A stretch of DNA of 64,000 nt, filler included, from Dirinaria sp. TL-2023a (lineage: Eukaryota): the NCBI GenBank assembly GCA_051941275.1. It is 4 parts of 4 records of this genome, joined end to end, with 100 filler letters (N's around TTAATTAATTAA, not from the genome) between each part and the next. Parts side by side here need not be neighbours in the genome. Positions count along the whole stretch, not along the records: positions 16,381 to 32,606 come from JAVEBF010000499.1; positions 32,707 to 48,927 come from JAVEBF010000500.1; 2 more parts are not named here. One strand, given 5' to 3'. Below the pieces are notes generated by a model that worked only from the letters and a program-made list of their open reading frames with translations, was not told the origin of the DNA and made no database searches. A program made the translations under genes and the position numbers. This document shows positions 25,667-37,908 of this stretch, in pieces. Every line of letters starts with the position of its first letter. Position 1 is the stretch's first letter.

Positions 25667-26797
25667 TCAATAGAATGTCCATCTATTCTCCGCACGACGC
25701 GCATGGAGTTCGCGCTGAAGCCAGAGTCCCGATTGACGGAGTTGTTCTTCTATCTGCGGACGTTGCGCTTCCCTTTCTTTTTGGTGTTCCTGTAGTTCGC
25801 GCTGGATTTGTAGTCGAGATTGTCTTAGTTGCTCTTCGATGTGAGGGCGCTGCGCTTCCCTCTCTCTTCTTTGCTCCTCTAGCTCGCGCTGAAGCCATAG
25901 TCCTGCTTTTCTCAATTCTGCTTCTATCTGCGGGCGCTGCGCTTCCCTTTCCTTTCGCTGCTGTTCCAGCTCTTGCCGAAGCCATAACCGTGCCTCTCTC
26001 AACTGTTCCTCAATCTGCGGACGCTGAGGCTCCATATCATACAAAACCCGCTGTCGTTGTTTCCTGACGCGTTCTTCCAAGTGCGGCATCTGTGCCTTCA
26101 TCTCGCTCACTTGCCTCTCCATTAATGCCTGGATCTGGCTTTCCCTCTTGCGGCGCCGCTCTTCATATGTGTCGGCTGGTGCTGGTTTCGATATTCGACC
26201 TGTTGAGGACCGATGGTTTTTTTTCTTCGGGGTTTGATCTCGCACCGGTGGCTTGTGTCGCAGGGCTTGTATTTGTTTTTGGGGCATAGTTCTTCTTGCC
26301 TTGGGGTTAGATACCCTTGTACTGTCTGTCGCTGGGCTGCTTTTATTGTTCTTCTGGCTGGCGGAAAGCGGGACTCGTGCAGGAGCGCTGCTGGAGACGG
26401 GGTACTTGCTGGCTGATACGTCTTTTTTTACGCTGCGCGACGCGTTGCTGTTGTTGTTCTTATTCTTCTCATTATTGTTGTCATCACGATAAAGCCATGT
26501 AGAATTTGTAGGCGTCTTGTTGTCTATTTTCAGAGAGGTGTTTGAAGCGGTTGACAATCGAATCCGACAATTAGAGACTGGGTTCGCGGAGGAGCTCGCA
26601 CGCTCGAGTGCGTCAACGAAGTGGTTGCGCTTGTGACGATTCGGTAATTGACTCATTTCTTCCAATGTCGATCTGAAGCGATTGCTGTACACAATGCTGC
26701 TTAAGACGATTGAGCCCTTGGGTCGTGTCACCGTGTCAGGGAGCCGATTGAGACCCTCCCATTCAGATCTTGAGTTGTGGGATGCGTGGCTGTACAT
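25667..26797 (-). CDS. Hypothetical protein with four 29-aa tandem coiled-coil-like repeats (start uncertain)
   Basis: 376-aa ORF with a low-complexity N-terminal half and four repeats of consensus AQRPQIEEQLRxxxLWLQRELExQRxERE. Confidence 0.6.
   Translation of the reverse strand: MYSHASHNSRSEWEGLNRLPDTVTRPKGSIVLSSIVYSNRFRSTLEEMSQLPNRHKRNHFVDALERASSSANPVSNCRIRLSTASNTSLKIDNKTPTNSTWLYRDDNNNEKNKNNNSNASRSVKKDVSASKYPVSSSAPARVPLSASQKNNKSSPATDSTRVSNPKARRTMPQKQIQALRHKPPVRDQTPKKKNHRSSTGRISKPAPADTYEERRRKRESQIQALMERQVSEMKAQMPHLEERVRKQRQRVLYDMEPQRPQIEEQLREARLWLRQELEQQRKEREAQRPQIEAELRKAGLWLQRELEEQRREREAQRPHIEEQLRQSRLQIQRELQEHQKEREAQRPQIEEQLRQSGLWLQRELHARRAENRWTFY
25700..26035 (-). repeat. 87-nt coding tandem repeat, about 4 copies
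   Basis: Recurring segments such as TCTATCTGCGG and GCTGCGCTTCCCT at 87-nt spacing. Confidence 0.85.
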
Positions 26798-27245
26798 ACA
26801 TAGGCCTTATCCCGCCAGGTATCCTGCCTTCGTATCGAACCTTAGGGTTTTGGAACGTTGACCGGGCAACCAGCCCGTAACAGCCCTACGGTAGCGGAAT
26901 AAGCGACTAAAGTACGGAGTACCAAAGGAGAGTTTAGCGGCATGGCAGAAATCTCTCAATTTGAAGTTCGAGATTCGACATATCATCTGAAATTCAATTG
27001 TTCGATTGGGTTTGAATTACCATTTGACATTCCAAGAACTTGGCAGCTGGGTGAGGTCACTAACCACATCGAATTGAGTCCGGAAGCTGTTGTTAGGATC
27101 TCTATGTTGCGGACCACGTACAGCGAGTAATTCTGGCATTTTCGTGCATGAAACTCTGCTGCAGTCCCACCCTGTCAAGATACTAATTGATCGGTCCCTT
27201 GAAAACTCCTCAGCGCTCGACAAACGATTGATTTGAAGATTGTGG

Positions 27246-28509
27246 CTAAATCTTCCACAACCACACCCAACCACCCCAGTCGTCCCTTCCCCAGGTGCCG
27301 ACAATACCAAATGGCGTCATCATGCAAAACCATTGCCAATAATGGTTTTGGCCATCGTGAATCTCTTCCAGTGTCATTTCACCGGTCTTCAGAGCCATCC
27401 GACCGCGCAACCAGAAGCCGCCATCTCCATCCTCCCCTCTCGCTCGCAAGATCCACACAGGTAGTTCAGGGTCATTTAACGCTTGAAAGCGCACACCGTG
27501 TATGGGCGGATAAGAGTCTCCTGAAGCGCTTCCAATAGAAAAGGAACGAAACCCCGCCCACTCTCCATCTTCAAGGAAGGCCTTGCTAGTCATTCTAGCA
27601 AGATGACAGAAGGGAAGTGAGGTTGCGCTATCGGCTGCAAATGGAACAGGTATGTCCATACAATTCTCGAACCGAATGCTCTCTGTTGTAGGAACCGAGA
27701 TCTGAGCTGGTGGTGCGTGTGGATCGTGAAATGTAAAAGTTTGTGTTATGGTACCTTTGGCAAGTTCTTCGCGAATCCTGACAGACAGAATGCCCAATGT
27801 CTCAAGAGCCTGGCAGTACATCCTCAGGAATGCTGTCGCGTTTCTCTCGGGAGACCACCAGGGCTCTTCGTCAGTGTAAGAGAGCAACTCCGACGACAGA
27901 AGGCTTATCAATTTCTGCCTCAATTCTTGCCTTGGAGGGGGGAAAGCGCGGTTCGGTGTTTGTCGAACGGGAAGCAGACCAGGCTGGGCGACGTCAGCGG
28001 GCGGGCTTTGAGACATGAGTTTTAGAGCAAGACAGAATGACAAAACAGCTTTGTGAGCTGGATCTGTAGTGTTTTCATGGGCGAAGTGATATAGAGTGTT
28101 GGCATTTCTGAGTTCGTGGAGTATTGGGTCTATACATTTCAGTCAGTCGGATGCCCGAGTCATCTATCCTTGTCGCCTCACGTTGGGATGTCATCAATTG
28201 TGGTCCCCATTTCCCAAGCCCTGCAGAAGTCAATGACTCGATTGCTCCAGCTTTAGAGTCCGCAAGCGCATAACGTGCCCAGGCCGAGGTGCTGTCTGCG
28301 CTCGTAAGCGGGATATCCGGCCATTTCGAACCTCCCCAACCGCTACGATTTCTGATTATTGATTTAAAAACATGATGGTCGTTGCAGACGCGGCGAAGAG
28401 CATGATTCACCCTAACAAGAGCCAGCACGTTCTCGCAGGGGCCAATGGACGCGATGCGCTGTATTATCTCAGCTGGTAAGGCGTCAAGTTTGAGGTGGGT
28501 TCTCTCCAT
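27246..28509 (-). CDS. F-box-like domain protein
   Basis: MERTHLKLDALPAEIIQRIA..LVRVNHALRRVC. An intron at about 28131-28180 joins it to an ORF ending LEDGEWAG..ARGEDGDGGFWLRG..MTPFGIVGTWG..WGGWVWLWK. Confidence 0.75.
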
Positions 28510-29071
28510 TTTAATACAAGTCAGCCACACGTGCCGTACCACAGTATGCAATAATTGATCAGTATATGATGAATGTCGACGAGGAGGACGTTCGTACGGA
28601 GTACGCAAGTGATGATGTGGAAGTGCTACTCCCTCACTGTTGTCCAGGACCGCAGAGAATTACGTAATAGGGCTCAAGTCGCCTTACGAGGCTGGTTCCG
28701 GGGTTCAGCCGGAAGGGACTAAATACATAGTCACAGAGAGACAGAGTGTGTTGGAGGTGAACATGAGTCATGCATAGAAGATAAAAATCTTCAATATGAG
28801 ATGAGAAGCGTAAAATAGAACGTAGACAGCAGCAGCCGCAATCTAGACGAGTTCGGAACCTTCGACAAGCTCCACTCGTTTCCTTGGCCTAGAGTAGACA
28901 TGTTGGTGTTGGGGGGGGAAGCAGCCCAGCGTCCAGCTTCACTAGCACTACTTTGATATCTAGTCTCATCCCAAACATAAGTGTAGGCTCTAAGAAGCTG
29001 TCACAAGGCGGTGGGAGATCACTCAGAGACACAGCACTAAGGAAGGAAAGTGCAGTAAAAGATACAACGAG

Positions 29072-29581
29072 TCATAATTCTTCCTCGTCTAGCTCCTTCT
29101 CCTTACCTCTTTTCGCACGACGGGGGGAATCCTCGATGGTCATCCTCGCTACGCCGTGTGTCATCGCCTGCGCCGCCTGACTCAGCCTGTTCCCTTCCTC
29201 GAGCGTCCTCACCCAGGCTCCGTGGTCGGAATGCGGCTGCTCCGCAGAGACCGGGACAAAAGTCCCATTCCTCTGGCGCTTACTGGATGGAGAATCTTCA
29301 GGCTTCTCCGTCTCGACACGACCTCGCTTTTCGAAAGGACTGGCTTGCTCTGGGCTTATGAGCTCGCCCCATCGCGCACTTTTGGATTTTCGCGGCGTGA
29401 CTTGTACGTCTTCAGGAAGATCTGGAAGGGCGTCTTGGAGATCCTCGACACCATCATGAGGCGCGTCAAGGATTGAAGAAGCTGAGTTGCCCACCAGATA
29501 ATTCAAGTAAGAGGTTAAGTGTGGCCGCAATGCCCAAACCTCCGGACTAGAAGTTGGTGGCGGCCTCTTCGGCCAGCTCAA
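29072..29581 (-). CDS. Possible hypothetical protein or gene fragment
   Basis: 169-codon open frame with a non-ATG start. I could not build a clean spliced model to upstream ATGs. Confidence 0.25.
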   Translation of the reverse strand: MSWPKRPPPTSSPEVWALRPHLTSYLNYLVGNSASSILDAPHDGVEDLQDALPDLPEDVQVTPRKSKSARWGELISPEQASPFEKRGRVETEKPEDSPSSKRQRNGTFVPVSAEQPHSDHGAWVRTLEEGNRLSQAAQAMTHGVARMTIEDSPRRAKRGKEKELDEEEL

Positions 29582-31218
29582 CCTTCTTGTAGATTCACGC
29601 CCGACTGTAGACCTTCATTGTCACTGATGTGGCCATCACAAAGAACGTGATGCTCTATGTGTTAACCGTATGCCAGTGATGAGCACACAGGTCTGCGCCG
29701 CTTGGGCAGGGATTGGACTTCCTTCACTCGCAGACTACACATATCAATCCGCTTGCATGACGAAGTGTAGGACCTTGGTACCATAGACCAGGCCCAGAGC
29801 CTGATGAGTGATGTTCACTTGAAGGTTCAGCTCTCTCAGGAGGTGGGGTTGGGTGAAATGTAGCTTGAAAACGATAGTTGGATAACACATCTCCAATGCA
29901 GACTAGAGAGGAGTGATGTGATGACATGCAGAGAATGCTGAGTCTCGCGCGAAAAATAAACCATTTAAAAAACAAAGAGAAAACAGTGCTCGTCACATCA
30001 GAAAGAGCATGCAGCCGATCTGCATCACAAGTTTACGATGTTAAAGTACAGAGTTTGAGGAACAAAGAGAACACAGACAACATCGTCTCAGGACAAGCAC
30101 ACAGCCGAGCTGCATCACAGACCCACTGCACTAAGAGAGATTTTACGGTGCCGCCGATATTACGCTGTAATGCAGTGACGAAAGCCGGAATTGCGTTGCT
30201 AGTCTTTCAAGTAAAATCACAATTTAGTGGTGAGCCAGCGATCAGCCCGACAAACTCATTGACTGGACCTAGGCAGTCTTAAATTGGGAAGAACTGAGGC
30301 TTTAGAAAGTCTTTACGGCCAAGATCAAGATTTTGCGGAATTGTGGTATCACAAAAGTAGGCATACCCATCACCCTGAATTATTATCGAAGATTTTTAAA
30401 CACTTTGTGTTGAGTAGTGCAGTCTTTGAAGGCTTCGCGTTTCAGCCCTACGCCCGCTTCGGCCGGAAGTTTTTGCGCGCCGGAGTGACGCGCTCTCGGC
30501 AGCAACTTTAAGCGAGAGGCATCATTTTGTTGACAAGTTGTGGATTACTACGAACAGTGACTCGACTTCATCTTTGGCTGCTAAAATGTCACATGAAGGG
30601 TGTTCTCTTTACATTTATTGATTGGCAAGAATAAGATCCATAGCCGACGCCTCTTGGGTGGGCCTGCTCACCGTTGGTTGTAGGGCAATAGTTCCTACTA
30701 GAGAATCAGGGATCCAGGCAGTCCATTTTGAGAGATAGACATTGACCAAGTGCCATGACCTTTGTTATACCAAAACGCGGTTCACGAGGAGCTGGGATAG
30801 GCTCTCTTTTCTCAAGCTAGAAAAATGAATATTTGGCTCCTCTCCAATGAGCCATCTGAGCTCAATGATGATCATCACAATGCACATACATTTCGAAGTT
30901 ACCAGCAAAATCCAGATGAGAGTTTTGTTCCCTTTAGCGATGCACGGTGCTTCAAATGTTCGATTTTTCTCCCGTAATTTCCGCTATCATCCAGTCTGGA
31001 ATAAAAGAGCGTCAATTTTCAAGCTTCGTCTACAGTCTATGATATGAGCATTTGTATTCTACATATTTTGGTCATAACCCAAATTGCTGCATCTCACATT
31101 TTCAAAAATTGTCCCGGAAACTATCGGATAAGCAGCACCAGCTTACACATGGATCTACAGGCAAAAAGAAAAAAAGAAAAAAGAAAGGCCTCCAAGCTCC
31201 CCTAGGAGTGCAAGGAAA

Positions 31219-31716
31219 CTATAAGTGACTTCCCCCAGATCCAATGATCCCAACTAAGTCAGCGGGCATAGCGATCGCTCGTCCTCGGTCCAGAAATTTC
31301 TCCTCATCAGGAACCACGACACGCTTGTACTCCTCATCGGTAAAGCACTCTAATATCTTGTTGTACGAAATTGCTTCGAAAACGGCCAAGCCATCAAAAT
31401 CAGGGACATTGAAGCCCAAAGATGTTAGCTTGCTCATGAACAGCTCGTTGCTATGCACCTACAATGCTTGATTCTTAGTCTCGATCGCTCCAGATTTCGT
31501 GATGAGATTCAGGAATGAAAGGATGATGGTATCAAAACAGGAAAGAAGCCGACCAACTTGTTCATATTTCAATAGATTCCTCTTAACGACCTCGATCCCG
31601 GAAAAGACTTGAGAGTGTTCTTCTCTCCAATACTCCTGAAAATCCTGCAAGCTCATGCCAGGCTTTCGGTAAACGAGGATGACCAAGCGGACGCGATCGG
31701 TGCGATACTCTGGCAT
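31219..31716 (-). CDS. EthD-domain (dimeric alpha+beta barrel) protein
   Basis: RKPGMSLQDFQEYWREEH..LKYEQ|VH..FDGLAVFEA..TDEEY..VVPDEEKFLDR. One intron, about 31459-31557. Confidence 0.88.
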
Positions 31717-32606
31717 ATTTTCGCAATTACAGCCGTGGCCTGATTCGTGACCAAAAACGTGGGAACTACTATGATAGGATGATTGTGATGCTGGCTTATG
31801 TGCGCAAACCTGGTTTCGCGTCTGGAGGATGAGCAGGCAGCCATTGCGTCATGACGCAGCCTTAGCGCTAGATATATCAGTACTGTTAAGATGAGGAGAA
31901 GAGGGAAGGCTGAAGAGGGATTCTTCTTCAGCAGTCGGACTAAAAAGCGGCTGTGATCCCTTTTCACCGAAAATGCGGCTTGGTCTTCTTCCAATAAGCG
32001 TGCTCGGAGATATCAGGACCCTGCATTTGGCGAGTAGTCTAGTGTTTAGTGACATCTCGAGCAGAGAAAGGCCGAGGAATATCTTTCCAAGGGTGCTTGA
32101 TCTTCTTCACACGAAAGATAAACAGACTTCTCTGTGACTCTGACCCAAGATCCAACACTTTTTCCTACGAAGATTCCATGCTGGCTATACAGAAGCTCAG
32201 AAGCTCTCCTCCCACATCCGTATATCACGCAAACCATACACTCCTATGCATGTCATTCTATGAGTCAAGCGGCCGTACACCAGAAAACGTAGAATCCCCT
32301 AGCTACGCTCTTTCTCAAAGAAGCAGTGCTAAAATATCGATCTTGCCGAATCTCCATCTCTTTACGAAAATATCAAGTGTCTTGCTTATCCCTCCTCCTT
32401 GTCTTTCTCAGAACTCATTTCTCGCTCCCTTTATACCATCATCCAAATTTCGATCCCCCGGGGCCCCCTTCCTTGCGTTCCGATGTAAAGTCTAACAACG
32501 CTATACCTTCCCCCCAAAAAGCTTCAGACATCCTAAGCCTATCTATCTCTCTTCCTCTTTCCTGCAAATGACCGAAATAAGAAAAATTCTCCCACAGCCC
32601 CCGGCC

Positions 32607-32706
32607 NNNNNNNNNNNNNNNNNNNNNNNNNNNNNNNNNNNNNNNNNNNNTTAATTAATTAANNNNNNNNNNNNNNNNNNNNNNNNNNNNNNNNNNNNNN
32701 NNNNNN
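32607..32706. other. Artificial contig-joining spacer
   Basis: N44-TTAATTAATTAA-N44. Confidence 0.99.
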
Positions 32707-33677
32707 ACAATCGTATACTAGCCTTGTCTTTACCACTCATAATGCTATGGACTGGTGTCTTTAGCAGCTTTTTTGATCCCTCTGCTCCTCGATAGTTAAT
32801 GAGCTTGGCATGAAGCATAGCGACGGTCAAGGGCTTTTCTCTAGAGTTGTGTAAAACTTCCGTTAGTCGACTAGTAAACGACCAGTCAGATATCCCGACT
32901 GTCTTAGCCTCTCGACAGCAGGCAGCTAAAACCTCGATCGTCCCATCAACAGACCGTCTATCAGCGGAGGCAGCGTAACAACAGTCTAAAAAGATGGCCA
33001 CATCGGGAACAGCGTACTCCAAGAGGTGCTGTATCGAGTACCAATCGATTGACGGTCCATCACCTCTGGGTCATCAGTAAGCATGCCGTCCGCTCTGCTT
33101 CGATACAAAACTACCGGAATTTGGGGATGGACAGCCAGTCAATACACATCAGACAGAGGGTCATAGCTGAAGCGTCTGGTAAAAGAGCATTGGATACTCA
33201 CTGCTCCCAGGTGCTCTGGTTCAAGTTGTTCAACGAACCATGACCGCCATAGTAGACCAACAATAATTCTGATCGCCTATCATGGTCATCCTGGAATTTG
33301 AAGATTTTCTTCTGTAGGCTTCTCTGTGAGTCCTTGGAAGGAATGAGATATGTTTCGGTAGCAAAACCATAGTCATTTGTAAAGACTCGCTCCAGTTGAT
33401 CGATCTCTCCTTGGACGCCATTGTTGACACCAGGTTTAAGAAATATATCATCTTCCCATCTTAAAAACAAAACAGAGACTTTCTCGTAGAGGTTACCGCT
33501 CCGTGCAAGTACTCCTGTCACAGCAATGTTTAAGTTGTTCACGAAGTCGTGCATTGAGACTAAGTGAGCTCTGTCGAGGAAAGAGTGAGGCATATTCCCG
33601 CTCATTGGTGGGAAAGCCTTAGGCTCTGTGTTTTCCGGAGGCTCGAGGGGCTCCTCCAAGTAGCTCATGGTATCCAT
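32707..33677 (-). CDS. Caspase-like (caspase-hemoglobinase fold) protein, 3' truncated
   Basis: YEKVSVLFLRWEDD, LLLVYYGGHG (His), IDWYSIQ..DVAIFLDCCYAA (Cys), EVLAAC and SFTSRL. Interrupted by intron(s) at about 33066-33200. Confidence 0.8.
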
Positions 33678-34565
33678 ATGGTCGGGGTTCTGTGATGAAT
33701 GGGTATATATATATAATATCAGGAGGCTTGATATCTGCCAGAAAAGAAAAGAACAAAGCAATAGGTGGTGGAGTGCTCAGCCTTGCAGTCATCCCAAATT
33801 GTCGTACCTTCGAATTTAGGGTTGGGAGCTTTCATCCGACCTACCTAGGGTTATCCCGCTCTCCCATGTTGTTGGCCATTCTTACTTTACCGTTCTCCTC
33901 AATATCTCTATCAATTATAAATGCAAACTCAGTAGAGTCTTATCCAAAGCGACAGGTCCTGGAATGACATCAAATACTATTGAATCTGTGGGAATACTTG
34001 AGAAGTCCAATGTAAGTTCAAATTTGAGAATCCGAAGTCGCCTTGCGTCCAAAAATGTTAAATAATATCCAGTGGACATCTATCAGTATCTCGTAAGATT
34101 TTTTTATTCAACCTACATATAAATTTTATTCTGCCAATATGAAGCTGGGTACTATGGGTCGGAAGTCTTACAAGCACCGTGAGAGGAAGGAAAAGAATAT
34201 GAATCTTCGTGAGGCCTAACCTGTGGCAAGATCCCTGGGAACACTACCTATCGGAGCTCAGTGCAAACAGGACGAAAAATCTTTTACTTCATGTAGCTGC
34301 ACTTAATTCGGGGCTCCAAGAGAAAATCTCTTCAGAGATAGCAGTATCCAATTGAAATGAGCTGAGAAGTAAGTTCATTGAAAATTATATGTCATAGCTC
34401 TTTTCTATTTGTGTGTGGAAATGTATATTTTATTTCTGCTTGTTTTCTTTCTCATTTAAATCTCAACTCTGCTATATGTGTGCTATCTGCACGCATTGTG
34501 GATCAAGCGGCGTGCCAAAAATGTGGATTTTTTTTCATCTCACACAAAGTTTCAAATCTACTAAT

Positions 34566-35669
34566 TCAAAAGACCCCATCTCTGTACTCTGAAGCACTTG
34601 TCGTGATTACAACATCACTCTTCACTTGAATCTCGCCTTGTGGCACCATTTCCTCCCGACTAATCTCGTGATCTGGGAGCGCTGGACCAGTGATAGATTT
34701 TTTCCGCTTTCGACTTTCCTTTCCTCCTTCAACGTGTACATCAAGGCCCCATTTCGAGCTCCCGGCAGAGACATCCTCCAGCTTCTTGAAGCCACTGGGA
34801 CCAAATTAGTCCAAATCGTCGTCCTGCTTGCCGCAGCGGGACCATACCATACGGCCGGAACTAGTAGAAGTGGTTTCTTGCGAGATTTCAGAATACATAG
34901 TTGGTCTACAATGCGCGCCCCGGATAATGAAGGATAGGACAGGGCGCAGGGAGGGCAGACATGCTGCAAAGACGCCTATGCAAGGCTCAGAGGCGGACCA
35001 GCTGCCTGAGTAGACGTAATTCCACGTTAGGTCAAAATTCGTGAGGCATGAGAGGACGATGATATGGACTATGGAGATGATACAGACGCTACGAAGTTGT
35101 TAACTATACGCAGATTGCACACATATTTATAGCCCTTCGGTTAACCGAGCGTGAAAAGCTTCAAGGTGAAAAAGGCGTACAAGCATGCACATGCGAAGAT
35201 GCCGGTCAAGACACCCTTTTGGGAGGCGGTCGTTCAAAGTCCCCCAAGCAGAGGAATTGGAAGTCCGATGATGAGAAAGTCAAGGACTACATTAATAGCG
35301 CCGGAAACAATGAGCCCCTCGTCACTGCCGGTGCAATGAAACTGGATTTCTTTATCCCAGAATCCGTGTAATGGCTGGCTGTTAAGGTCAATTGGTCACT
35401 TTTCATTATTTCTTAACATTTAGTCATTTACGTCGGGCTTACCATTGGAAAAGCGATGTAAGAATCGAGGCAGTCGCCACTCAAAGCAAGGACCTAAATA
35501 TGAGATTCACGCAAAGCTCTGCAAGAGCAACATGTCTCGACAGGAATTGCAGAATGACAAAGATGGTGGGCAAAATGATCAGAGTAATATTGACTGAGAT
35601 GATGCGAGGTCCTTTATCTGCTTGAGGATCGATCTCTGAAGGGATGGGACGCACGCCAACGGTCGACAT
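34566..35669 (-). pseudogene. Decayed Pth11-like (fungal rhodopsin domain) receptor gene
   Basis: Fragments DKGPRIISVNITLIILPTIFVILQFLSR, INVVLDFLIIGLPIPLLGGL*TTASQK and DLTWNYVYSGSWSASEPCIGVFAACLPSLRP. In-frame stops at 35234-35236 and 34806-34808; the middle TM region is missing or decayed. Confidence 0.8.
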
Positions 35670-37908
35670 AGCTCTGCCGTGCTAGTACCGGGCTTCAGAT
35701 CTTCACCTCCACCTTCGCTTGTGGAACAGCTTGTTGTCGCGGTGTCAGTTCATGAAGATACATGAACGGAACTTGAAGAGAGAGGCAAAGCCGCAGGTCC
35801 AGGTAACAAGGCTTGCAAAGGAGGTAGAGAAATGGGCCTTGGCCAATCGCCACAAATCTTGGTGTGAGAGTCTCGAGGTTTAATGCGAAAGGTGGATCAG
35901 TTACTGTGCCTCCCAGCGGGAACAAAATCTTTGTTTAGCTACGACGCCTACTACGAGTAACCAGTAAAGGCAAGTGATTTGCACTAAAAAGCGATCATTA
36001 CATAGAGCTAATAGAGGTGCTTGGTAGAGCGATAGTGGGTGTGCAAGGCCAGAACGAGTGAGCAGTGGCCAGCTTCTATGCACAGGAGCCTCGAAGGCAT
36101 CGGCGAGAAAATCTTCCGAAAGAAAGCAGGCTGAGAGACCGTCTACGAACCGTTTCCACAAGGAGATCATGTTGCGACTAGCAGCTTTGTAGTAGTAAAA
36201 GTAGCAACTGGGGATGCACAAGCGAGAGAGACGTTCCCGCTTCTTGCAATGGTGCACATTGTGACAACAGTCTTTCCGGCGAGGATTGCTTTTCATACGA
36301 TACCGGGACATTTCATCTATTTCAGTCAGGTACATCATCAGTGGCCACGGAATATTTGATGTAACATGGTAGATTAGGGAGGGTAGCCTCGACTTAACCT
36401 GCAGATCCGCGCTAACCCGTTAACGGGCACTGCAACGGCCCAGTATGCCATTGGCCAAATCTAGATACACGCAATCCACGAAGCGTCCACACTCTTTGTC
36501 GGCATCGTAACGACTTGATCCGCCTCGACACTTATTTCCATGCGTGCAGCCACGAAAGGAGTCAGCCCGTCATGGCGGTTGAGTGAAAAAATGGGAAAAG
36601 TTTGTACGTGCCATTACCACTGCTCTGTCAATCATCGTACGCTAAGATAACATCAGTGTGGTAGTACGAGAAGGCGAAAAAGGATGACCAGCGGCAAGGC
36701 CAGACTGTGGCGCACCTGGACTAAGGTACTTCGCCACCGGTGAAACTCAGTACTAATACCGTATGTCGCCATCTTTTCTGTGTTGCTACTGGTCAAAGAA
36801 CCATGCCCGCACCACCGATGCTGCAGGGTCATGGCGCCATGAGCTGCAATTGCCTAGAAGCAAGAACCGGAAGACCTTAGATCTTTCGATCCATCACGGC
36901 GGGCACAGGTCACAGTTCTTTGGCTCCTCTGCTTTCCAAGTTGTCCTACAAGGCGGCACAGTCTGAGAGAGCCCAATGAGTACGTCGATCGCCAGCAATA
37001 AGTTATGATCAAACAGCTTAGAGGCCATGGTAGCGAGCTTGTTATTTTTCGTATGCTCCACTTGGCCGTATGTACGATAAGTCACGTCTGTAAATAGTCA
37101 ATTTTCCGTCCTGCTAGTTCCTTTAACGCCGGACTACTTGTATCCAAACCTATCCGAAATGCTTCTGGGGTTCAATTTGAGTTTGATACATAATCACAAA
37201 AAGTTGCGAAGCTGGAGTTATTGGAGACCTTCTTGGACCTCTTGCGTAGTTATTCCAAGCAGTGCCCTCAGAATTTCCGACAAATATCGCAACTCTGTCA
37301 TGTCGCAAGGCTACTTAATTCACATCGAAGGAAAATCATTGAGATCAGATCGACTGCTTGTGTCGCGGGCCTGCTTACACAGGGAGTACTCACCAAGGGG
37401 GTTCACTGTAATGGTGAAATCCAAAATCAATCACTAGCTAGTCGAACAGAGTCGTTATCGAACATAAGCGTAGTAGCAACCAACAGAACTGGTCACCCAT
37501 CACAGCTTCCGTTGTCCATAGTTTGCATTCTGCTAGTCGATCGATGTATGACATAAGGGAGATCAGAGATGACAGTCGAGGTGCCCAATCATATCTCGTG
37601 CCAGCAAACAGGCAAATCCTTACTGGCGCAATGTTCCCGGAAAATCGCCTTACTAGCTCTATTAGGGAGTCGATTTGGAAACCAAGCATCAGCTGATAAG
37701 CTATCAATGAGGGGAGGTTGAGCCTCATGCCGCTACAGCTTACGCAGCTGGTCCTCGTATTGTTTTGACACTGGCTTTTAGCAATGATTCGGGCTTGCAG
37801 CTGTTCCTTTTTCGACGTTTTCGCTCGAAAGAGCTCACGCCCAATCTTCTAAAAGCCGTAGGAAATTTGTATCTCGGTAAAGGCCAGAAGCGTCCGCGTG
37901 TCTTTACC

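Noticed and set aside
25675..26492. Hydrophobic plus-strand ORFs resembling membrane proteins
   Set aside because: Antisense shadows of the charged repeat ORF.
35695..37760. Short ORFs possibly forming another decayed gene
   Set aside because: No recognisable motif or consistent splice model.
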